Assembly (NCBI GenBank): GCA_963723855.1
Contig: CAVRSI010000019.1
Location: 7,107 to 71,106 of the forward strand
From: an uncultured Actinomycetes bacterium
GTDB taxonomy: Bacteria > Actinomycetota > UBA4738 > HRBIN12
DNA length: 64,000 bases
Direction: 5' to 3'
The stretch's first letter is position 1; the number at the start of each line of letters is the position of its first letter. Under the pieces are notes generated by a model. It had not been told where the DNA came from and made no database searches. It saw only the letters and a list, made by a program, of their open reading frames with translations. The translations under genes and the position numbers were made by a program. Shown here piece after piece: positions 57,073 through 64,000 of this stretch.

Positions 57073-57609
57073 CTACGGCACCTTCACTTGCTCCGTCTTC
57101 TCGGTCGTGGACGTGGCCGGGTTCGCGGGCTGTGCCTGCGAGCCGGCCTGACCGGACGACGAGCCCGTGGCGGCTCCGTCCATGATGCTCTGCCCGTGGA
57201 AGATGCCACCCTCTTCAACGACGAGCGACTTCGACGTGATGTTGCCGTCGACACGTCCACCGCGAGCCAGGTGCGCCTTGCCCTTCACGGCGATGTTGCC
57301 CTTGAAGCGACCGGCCACCGTGACGTTCTGCGCGCGGATGTCGGCCTCGACCTGGCTCTGCGGCGAGAGCGTGACGTCGCCGTCGGCGTTGATCTGGCCC
57401 TTCACCTGCCCGTCGATCCGCAGGCTCCCGGCGGAGACGACGTTCCCATCCAGTCGCGCTCCGACGCCGACGACCGTGACCTCACCGTTCTCCGCCATCT
57501 GCGTCTCCTTTCCCTTGTGTGGGCGTTCTGCTGATTCCGGCCTGGGCGGCATCGCCGCCTCCATGTCGCCCGGCTGTGCCTCGTCGGCCTCGTCCTTCTT
57601 GAAGATCAT
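57073..57609 (-). CDS. Bactofilin-family cytoskeletal protein
   Basis: Beta-helical repeats (GSLRIDGQVKGQI.ADGDVTL...VEADIRAQNVTVAGRFKGNI...) with disordered tails. The stop directly abuts the serS ATG. Confidence 0.8.
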   Translation of the reverse strand: MIFKKDEADEAQPGDMEAAMPPRPESAERPHKGKETQMAENGEVTVVGVGARLDGNVVSAGSLRIDGQVKGQINADGDVTLSPQSQVEADIRAQNVTVAGRFKGNIAVKGKAHLARGGRVDGNITSKSLVVEEGGIFHGQSIMDGAATGSSSGQAGSQAQPANPATSTTEKTEQVKVP

Positions 57610-58136
57610 CGGGCCTCCACCGCCTCGACCGGCGCGGCGAGCGCCTGCCGGATGGCCTCGTCCTCCTCCGAGGAGAGGTTGTAGCTGCTACGTCCGTCCG
57701 TGATCGGCTTCGCGTAGACACGCGTCTCCTGGCGACCGTTGATGGAGGTGAGTACCACGCCGGTGCCGTGGTCGTCGAGCATGGCGCACGAGAACGAGAG
57801 GCGACCGCCCACATCCTCGAACGCGTCGTAGCGCAACAGGGCGACATGACGAACGCTGCCCTCGATCTGTCCTTGCTGATGCTTGTCCGTCTTGTTGAGC
57901 GTCCGCACCGCCTGCTCCAACCGCTCGATCTTCTTGGCCTGACCGTCCAGCACGCCTCGCAACGCGTCGTCCAACCGGATGGGTCCGCCGGGCTCGCGGT
58001 GACGAGCTCGACCACCGGTCGCGAAGATCGCGAACACGACGCCGAGCGCGCCGAGGCCGAGCGCGACCAACACCAATAGCGTGTTCGTGTGGTCCGAGAA
58101 GGTCAAACAGGACTCCCGGGTCGCGGAAACGGGCAT
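57606..58136 (-). CDS. DUF4446-like membrane-anchored protein
   Basis: N-terminal TM helix, a coiled coil, and the block LLRYDAFEDVGGRLSFSCAMLDDHGTGVVLTSINGRQETRVYAKP. The stop overlaps the bactofilin ATG (ATGA). Confidence 0.6.
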   Translation of the reverse strand: MPVSATRESCLTFSDHTNTLLVLVALGLGALGVVFAIFATGGRARHREPGGPIRLDDALRGVLDGQAKKIERLEQAVRTLNKTDKHQQGQIEGSVRHVALLRYDAFEDVGGRLSFSCAMLDDHGTGVVLTSINGRQETRVYAKPITDGRSSYNLSSEEDEAIRQALAAPVEAVEAR

Positions 58137-58172
58137 CTACCTGCGGGTTCGGTGAGGCTTCCTGAGTATACG

Positions 58173-58949
58173 ATGGGCCCCCTCGTGGACGAACGAACCC
58201 TGGCTCGGCTGCTCGACGACGTCGCCGCCGGCACGACCCCCGTTGAGGACGCCGTCGAGGCGCTCCGGATCCTGCCGTACGAGACGGTGACGGATGCGCG
58301 CGTCGATCACCACAGAGAGCTCCGCACCGGTCATCCGGAGGCGATCTACGGCCCGGGGAAGTCCGTCGAACAGATCCGCGAGATCGCGGCCGCGCTGTCC
58401 GCGCGCTCGAACGGGGCCGTGTTGCTCACCCGCGCGACGCCGGAACAGGCCGCGGCGGCGATCGAGGCGGTTCCCGGCGCGCGGTTCCACGAGGTAGCCC
58501 GGCTGGTCGTCGTGAAGGCCGCCGAACGGTCGGTGGACGCGACGGTCGCGGTCGTGGCTGCCGGAACGTCCGACCTGCCCGTGGCGGAGGAAGCCGCGAT
58601 CACCGTCGAGGCGACCGGAGCCAGCGTCGAACGGATCACCGACGTGGGCGTCGCCGGCGTCCACCGGATCCTCGAGCACCGAGCGTCGCTCGAGGCGGCC
58701 GACTGCGTGATCGTCGTCGCCGGGATGGAGGGTGCGCTCCCATCCGTCGTGGCGGGGCTCATCTCCACGCCGATCGTCGCCGTTCCGACCAGCGTGGGGT
58801 ACGGCGCCTCGTTCGAAGGGCTGTCCGCCCTGCTGACGATGCTCGCGTCGTGCGCCCCGGGGGTCGCGGTGGTGAACATCGACAACGGGTTCGGGGCGGC
58901 GCAGGTTGCCCACCGCATCGTTCGCGCGACGTCGCAGGCCGACGGATGA
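58173..58949 (+). CDS. larB: Nickel-pincer cofactor biosynthesis protein LarB (NaAD carboxylase/hydrolase, PurE-like)
   Basis: VDHHRELRTGHPEAIYGPGK... and the AIR-carboxylase-like C-terminal half AGTSDLPVAEEA...VAGMEGALPSVVAG. Confidence 0.8.
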   Translation: MGPLVDERTLARLLDDVAAGTTPVEDAVEALRILPYETVTDARVDHHRELRTGHPEAIYGPGKSVEQIREIAAALSARSNGAVLLTRATPEQAAAAIEAVPGARFHEVARLVVVKAAERSVDATVAVVAAGTSDLPVAEEAAITVEATGASVERITDVGVAGVHRILEHRASLEAADCVIVVAGMEGALPSVVAGLISTPIVAVPTSVGYGASFEGLSALLTMLASCAPGVAVVNIDNGFGAAQVAHRIVRATSQADG

Positions 58950-60136
58950 GGCTCCTGTACTTCGATTGCATCGCCGGGATCTCCGGGGACATGGCCCTCG
59001 GTGCCCTGATCGACGCGGGCGCCGACCTGGAGCCGATCCGAAAGGGTCTGGCGGGACTCCCGGTCGAGTCGTTCGAGCTCGACGTCGAGCAGGTGGAGAG
59101 CGGAGGGATCCGGGCGACCAAGGTCAACGTGCGCACGTCGACCGACGGCTTGATACGGACCTACGCGAGCGTCCGATCGCTGCTGGACATGGCGGAGATG
59201 CCCCTCGACGCCAAGGCGATGGCGCAGCGGATCTTCCGGCGCCTCGCCGAGGCCGAGGCCATGGTGCACCGTCGCGATCTCGACCAGGTGACGTTCCACG
59301 AGGTGGGGGCCGTCGACTCCATCGTCGACATCGTCGGTACGTCGCTCGCGCTCGCGTCGTTGAAGGTGGACCGCGTGTTCGCGTCGGCGGTGCCGACCGG
59401 GATGGGGATGGTCAAGACTGAGCACGGACTCCTGCCGATCCCCGCACCGGCGGTGATGGAGCTCCTGCGCGGCGCCCCTATCTATTCGCGCAACGTCTCC
59501 GTCGAGCTCGTCACACCGACCGGTGCCGCGATCCTGGCAGCGCTCGTGGAGGGGTTCGGTGAGATCCCGCTCATGCGGATCGAGCATGTGGGATACGGCG
59601 CCGGCAGCGCACAGCTGGACTTCCCCAACGTGGTCCGCGTCGTGGTCGGCGAGGCGGACCCTTCGGCAACCGCCGCCGCCGAGACGGTGCAGGGGAGCGA
59701 GCTCGTCTTGGAGACCAACGTCGACGACCTCAACCCCGAGCTCTACACCTACGTGCTCGAGCGCTTGTTCGCTGCCGGCGCCCAGGACGCGTGGCTCACC
59801 CCGATCGTGATGAAGAAGGGACGACCCGCCGTCACGATCAGCGTGCTGGCCTCTGTGTCGCGAGAGGAGGCGATCCGCCAGGTGCTCTTCCGGGAGACCG
59901 GGACCCTCGGCATCCGTTCGTCAGCCGTGGACAAGCAGGCGCTCGAACGCGAATGGGTCGAGGTCGCCACGCGGAACGGACTGGTCCGCGTGAAGATCGG
60001 TCGTCTCGAAGGCAACACGGTCACGGTCGCGCCCGAGTTCGAGGATTGCGTCAAGGTCGCTCGGGAAGCGGGCGTCCCCGCACGCGAGGTCTACGAGGAA
60101 GCGACCCGCCTGGCGCGAGAGGCGATCGGCGAGTGA
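58946..60136 (+). CDS. larC: Nickel insertion protein LarC
   Basis: MRLLYFDCIAGISGDM, FHEVGAVDSIVDIVG, and KKGRP...L motifs. ATGA overlap with larB. Confidence 0.85.
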   Translation: MRLLYFDCIAGISGDMALGALIDAGADLEPIRKGLAGLPVESFELDVEQVESGGIRATKVNVRTSTDGLIRTYASVRSLLDMAEMPLDAKAMAQRIFRRLAEAEAMVHRRDLDQVTFHEVGAVDSIVDIVGTSLALASLKVDRVFASAVPTGMGMVKTEHGLLPIPAPAVMELLRGAPIYSRNVSVELVTPTGAAILAALVEGFGEIPLMRIEHVGYGAGSAQLDFPNVVRVVVGEADPSATAAAETVQGSELVLETNVDDLNPELYTYVLERLFAAGAQDAWLTPIVMKKGRPAVTISVLASVSREEAIRQVLFRETGTLGIRSSAVDKQALEREWVEVATRNGLVRVKIGRLEGNTVTVAPEFEDCVKVAREAGVPAREVYEEATRLAREAIGE

Positions 60137-60669
60137 CGCTGATCGTCATCACGATCGTCGGCGCCATGATCGTCGGCCTGTTGGCGGGCGGCAGCTTCCG
60201 GAACTTCCCGTCGATACCGCTCGGCTGGTGGTCGCTCGCGATCGTGGGCGTCGTCTTGCAGTTCCTGCCGCTCACGGGCAGCGCGGGCTCCTGGACCTTG
60301 ACGGCCTCGTTCGTGTTGCTGATCGCGTTCGCGCTGCTCAACTTCCGCGCGCCCGGCTTCATCCTGATCTTCACGGGCCTGATGCTGAACGCGATCGTCA
60401 TCGTGGCGAATCACGGGATGCCCGTCGCCCGTGAGGCACTCGTTCGATCGGGTCAGGAGTCGACCCTCTCCGATCTTCAGCAGCACGGCGGATCCAAGCA
60501 CCACCTCGCCGATGACGACACCGTGCTGCTGGTGCTGGGCGACTCCATCGTCGTGCCCGAACCGATCGGCGTCGCGGTCAGCGTGGGCGACCTGTGCGTC
60601 TACCTGGGCGTGGCATGGTGCTTCGCCGCATCGCTCCAGCCTCGCGAACGGAGTGCCGTCCACAGCTGA
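60133..60669 (+). CDS. DUF5317-like small membrane protein (paralog 2)
   Basis: The GTG overlaps the larC stop (GTGA). By eye, about half of the positions are identical to 14740..15288 (LNAIVIVANHGMPV, GSKHHLADD, VSVGDLCVYLG). Confidence 0.65.
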   Translation: MTLIVITIVGAMIVGLLAGGSFRNFPSIPLGWWSLAIVGVVLQFLPLTGSAGSWTLTASFVLLIAFALLNFRAPGFILIFTGLMLNAIVIVANHGMPVAREALVRSGQESTLSDLQQHGGSKHHLADDDTVLLVLGDSIVVPEPIGVAVSVGDLCVYLGVAWCFAASLQPRERSAVHS

Positions 60670-60724
60670 GCCGCGACACGCCCGCCGAGCTCACGTTCCC
60701 CGTGTACCCGCCGATATCTGAACC

Positions 60725-61420
60725 ATGGCGGAGTCCGTCCAGCTCCCCGACGACGTCCAACGCCGACTGGATGCCCTCAAGGCCGTCGGCGCCCTCGGCG
60801 TGTGCGCGATCTACGGGTGGTTCGCCATCGTGAAGAACGTCCAGGTTCCCGTGCTCGTCTTCCTGGACATCGCGGTCCACGAGGTCGGGCACAAGGTCTT
60901 CTCCCCGTTCGGGAACCTCATCATGCTGATCATGGGGACGGGCACCCAGATCCTGTTCCCCCTCATCGTGGGGATCGTGTTCGCGCTCTGGAAGCGCGAC
61001 CTGATCGCCTGGGGCATCTGCTGGGCCTGGGCCGCGAGCGCCATGTGCGACGGCGCACGCTACATCTACGACGCGCCGCGCGGCGACCTGATGTTGCTGG
61101 GCGCCTCCGACGGCCTCGGCGACTGGTCCAAGATCCTGGGGCCCGAGCACTTCGACAAGCTCTACCTCGCCGACCGGCTCTCGGCGCAGGTCCGGACGGT
61201 CGGGATCATCACGTGGTTCGCGGCGGTGAGCCTCATCGTGTTCGCGCTGGTGCGGAACGTCCTGGAGAGCCGCCGCGCCGCGGCCGCCGAACGGGTCCGC
61301 GCGACGGCCAAACCGGCCGGCCACGCTGACGCCGGTGGGCGACGTGGACATGTGGCGTCGCTGATCGAACCTTTCGCATCCTTGCCTTCCCGTTCCGGAC
61401 GTCGGCGCCAACCGCTACCT
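60725..61420 (+). CDS. Membrane HExxH protein (M50B-like putative zinc metalloprotease); 3' end uncertain
   Basis: DIAVHEVGHKVF lies inside a polytopic membrane protein. ORF 60725..61663 runs on, but its tail is Arg/Pro-rich and overlaps the next membrane-protein ORF. Confidence 0.4.
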
Positions 61421-61893
61421 TGGGGGCCATGGCCCGTCGACTTCGGCCGTTCGTCGAGCGAGAGGCGACCTGGGCGGTCGCGCTGGCCGCGCTGGGGTTC
61501 GTCTCCATGTGCGCCACGCTCCCGGCGGCCTCGCTGCTGGGGATGCGGGCCATCCGCCGCCGCAGCGGGGGAGACGGATCCGAGCCGGCGCTCGCCATCC
61601 TGGCGTTCGGCTTCGTGTGGCTCTCGTTCCTGTTGGCCTATCCGGCGATCCGCGTCATCGTGATCGCGGCGCAGCATCCCGGCGGATGGGGGCCGCGAGC
61701 GTTCCTGGCCACGCTGATCATCCTGGCGGCGACGATCGTCGCGCTCTCGACCTTCGCGGTCCGCATCCATCCGGAGCGGTGGATGGTCCGCAAGTTCCTG
61801 TTCGCGGGGATCGGGTTGGCGATCGTCGTCGTCTTCACGCAGGCGATGATGCTCGTGTTCGGCGGCCTCCCGGCGTGGTCGTTCACCTCTTAG
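61420..61893 (+). CDS. Hypothetical 4-TM membrane protein
   Basis: 157 aa with four clear hydrophobic helices. Confidence 0.45.
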   Translation: MGAMARRLRPFVEREATWAVALAALGFVSMCATLPAASLLGMRAIRRRSGGDGSEPALAILAFGFVWLSFLLAYPAIRVIVIAAQHPGGWGPRAFLATLIILAATIVALSTFAVRIHPERWMVRKFLFAGIGLAIVVVFTQAMMLVFGGLPAWSFTS

Positions 61894-62414
61894 ATCGCGA
61901 ACCAGTCGCTCGTCTCGCCGTCGAGCCGGAAGATGAACTCGTCGATCCGCACGCCCGACTCCTCGATCGACTCGCTCGCCGCACGATCCGGAACCCGCAC
62001 TTCTCCAACACCCGGATCGAGCCCGCGTTGTGCGCTCGCGACGTGCGCGTGGAGCGGACGCTGCGTCTCACCTCGACCAGGAAGAGCGAGAGCGCACGGC
62101 TCGCGACGCCCCTCCCCCAGTACTCACGCCCGATCCAGTAACCGACGAGCGTGTCTCCGGATTGCTCCCAGCTCAGCATGTTCCCCACGACCTCGCCGTC
62201 CAGCAGGATCGTCCGTTTCCGGCCGGTGTCGTTGCCAAGCACGTTCGCCGTCCAGTGCTCCATGAACGCTTCTCGATCCCGCGCCGGGAATGCCGCCATC
62301 TCGTTCGCGACCGGGTCGCGCTGCATACTCGAAGAAGATGGGCAGGTCGTCCTCTTGCACGTCGCGGAGCCGGATGGACGGGGGCGGCGATCCATGATCC
62401 GCTCGCTCGCCCAT
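61890..62414 (-). pseudogene. GNAT-family acetyltransferase with at least 2 frame disruptions
   Basis: IRLRDVQEDDLPIFFEY is in one frame, and DPVANEMAAF...VGYWIGREYWGRGVASRAL...NAGSIRVLEKCGFRIV in a second. The C-terminus ESIEESGVRIDEFIFRLD...stop at 61890 is in a third. Confidence 0.6.
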
Positions 62415-62488
62415 CGACCCACGCTACCCGTGACGCTCAGCGTCACGCAAATGCGCATAGCTCCGACCCGGGCGCGCCGGGACGTCGG

Positions 62489-63763
62489 TCAGCTCGAACT
62501 GACCGACTCCACCCATCCGGCATGGGCGAGCGTCACGGGTTGCGCGAGCTCGAGCGTCGCGGCGTCCAGGCGCTGGAGCAGATCGCCGTACGACAGGTAG
62601 AGCCGGGCGCCGTCGCTCGACACCGCCAGCCCGGTCACGGGCGCCGGCGTGGCCACCAATCCACCGCGCACGGCGAGCGTGGCCGTGTCGAATGGGAGCA
62701 GACCCGCGTCACCGGCCACGTACAGCGTCGTGCCGTCGGACGCGACCTGCGCGTGGATCTGCCCGCCACCCAACGCCGACAGATCCACGTCCGTCACCTG
62801 CGCGACGCGGAAGCGGCGCACGTTCACTACGGCGATCGTGCCGTGCCGCGCATCGATCGCATAGACGCGGTGTCCGTCTGGCGAGATCGCGAGGGCGGAA
62901 TCTTCCTGCGGCACGCTGCCGAACCGATCGGGCAGCTCGATGCAGACCGCGAACCCGTTCCGGAGGTCGACGGTATGGACGAACGCGCGCTCGTCCTGTT
63001 CGGACGGGTCGACGGGGATCGTCGGCTCACCGAGGTACGAAGGCCGTTGGTTCGTGTACAGCGTGTAGAGGTACGCCCCGTCGGGCGACGCGACCTGCAC
63101 CAGCCGCGTCGCCGTCATGTTCTCGACCGGCTGCTTGTCCGGGCCGATCAACGCCCAGTGCCGGCCCGACTCCAGGTACAAACCGGTCACACGGTACGAC
63201 GTGGGAGCCAGGGCGGGTCGGTACTGGAGCATGAACAGCGTCTCGCCGTCCGGCGAGAACGCCTCCGGCTCGAAGTTGCCGTTGAGGGAGAAGCGTTGCG
63301 GCGCGTCCGAGCCGTCGGGATGCGCGACGACGATCCGGGTGCGAGCCCGCGGTTGCGGAGCCCAGGAGTCCGATGACGCTTCCGTCGCCGGCATCAACGC
63401 GACCGCGCCGCCGAACGGGGCGACCGCACGGATCTGCAGATCGCCCGCCACGGATACGGATGACTCGGTGACACCGGTCGCGGTCGCGATGCGGTCGATC
63501 CGGGTGAGCCCGCCGCTCACGGTCGCGGTATCCACATGCGATCGATCGGGCTCGGCGACCGCACCTGGTACCAACGACAGCACTGCGCCGCTCGCCGCGT
63601 CGATCGCACCGATCCCGCCGGGCACACCGAGCACCACGACATCCGGGGACGATGCAGGGGGCGCCGCGTGTTGGGTGCTCGGAGCACCGTCCGCTGATCT
63701 CGTGCAGGCGGACACGATCACCAGGAGGACCGCTGGCAGCGTCAACGCGCGTGACCGGCGCAT
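62489..63763 (-). CDS. Secreted lipoprotein, beta-propeller-like repeats
   Basis: Lipobox LVIVSAC. It has repeated SPDG....Y / SDG..LY blade-like motifs of the YncE/lactonase-propeller type. Confidence 0.55.
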   Translation of the reverse strand: MRRSRALTLPAVLLVIVSACTRSADGAPSTQHAAPPASSPDVVVLGVPGGIGAIDAASGAVLSLVPGAVAEPDRSHVDTATVSGGLTRIDRIATATGVTESSVSVAGDLQIRAVAPFGGAVALMPATEASSDSWAPQPRARTRIVVAHPDGSDAPQRFSLNGNFEPEAFSPDGETLFMLQYRPALAPTSYRVTGLYLESGRHWALIGPDKQPVENMTATRLVQVASPDGAYLYTLYTNQRPSYLGEPTIPVDPSEQDERAFVHTVDLRNGFAVCIELPDRFGSVPQEDSALAISPDGHRVYAIDARHGTIAVVNVRRFRVAQVTDVDLSALGGGQIHAQVASDGTTLYVAGDAGLLPFDTATLAVRGGLVATPAPVTGLAVSSDGARLYLSYGDLLQRLDAATLELAQPVTLAHAGWVESVSSS

Positions 63764-64000
63764 GCGAACCCCTTTCCCGCGTGCGGCTCGCCCGGCCCGG
63801 GTGGCAGAACGCGCCGCTCACCCGCACATACCGTCCTCGAGGCCGGAAGGTTCCACCTCGCGAGGAAGATCCGTCTCAAGCAGCGGTCGAGCGCTCTGGT
63901 TACCGCGTTCGCCCACGCGACGAAGCGGCGCCGTCGAGCACGGTCGTCACGATCTGCCGCACGAACCGCGCGTTCACCGGCCGGCCCGTGATCATCCGCC

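Noticed and set aside
1-64000. CRISPR arrays, rRNA genes, prophage structural modules.
   Set aside because: No regularly spaced direct repeats are visible. There are no rRNA-like stretches and no capsid, terminase or tail-like ORFs.

Overview
High-GC (roughly 70% by eye) actinobacterial-type chromosomal window. Actinobacterial markers are a coproporphyrin-dependent heme pathway with HemQ, a Cys-rich ferrochelatase insert, and oxidase subunit CtaF. Content, left to right: (1) 0.9-10.7 kb is a segment bracketed by a perfect 44-bp direct repeat of the 3' half of tRNA-Arg(ACG). It carries envelope-glycosylation genes plus gene wreckage and no recognisable recombinase, so it reads as a decayed tRNA-linked island. 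(2) 10.8-19 kb holds orphan histidine kinases, an NqrB/RnfD-like membrane protein, a deletion-derived MetE-like remnant abutting tRNA-Ser(GCT), and a DUF5317 gene translationally coupled to a membrane kinase. (3) 19-25 kb is hemA-hemC-hemD-hemB-(GNAT, VOC)-hemL. (4) 25-39 kb holds a methyltransferase, a CrtI-like oxidoreductase, msrA, an fba-HAD-dhaL-dhaK operon behind a GAF-kinase/REC-LuxR reading frame, a CDGSH protein, a UvrD-like helicase and PPK2. (5) 39-52 kb is a respiratory supercluster: VOC-hemE-hemH-hemY-hemQ; an OmpR-type two-component pair followed by ctaG-ctaB; and a convergent aa3 oxidase operon (cupredoxin lipoprotein, ctaC, ctaD, ctaE, ctaF), where CtaC carries a C-terminal type-1 copper domain. 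(6) 52-64 kb holds tRNA-Ser(TGA), a DinB-family gene, a tRNA-Ser pseudo-half, ferredoxin, a six-PAS protein with no output domain, serS, bactofilin, DUF4446, larB-larC, a second DUF5317 paralog and membrane proteins. Two cross-cutting observations stand out. A near-identical 16-nt palindromic box sits in the promoter regions of both the heme/TCS-ctaGB cluster and the oxidase operon. About 30 single-site frame disruptions are spread over essential and accessory genes alike, which looks more like assembly indels than true decay, so every frameshift call is provisional. All calls rest on reading the translations and nucleotides by eye. No database search was run. Coordinates of frame-disruption sites are approximate (about +/-15 nt).
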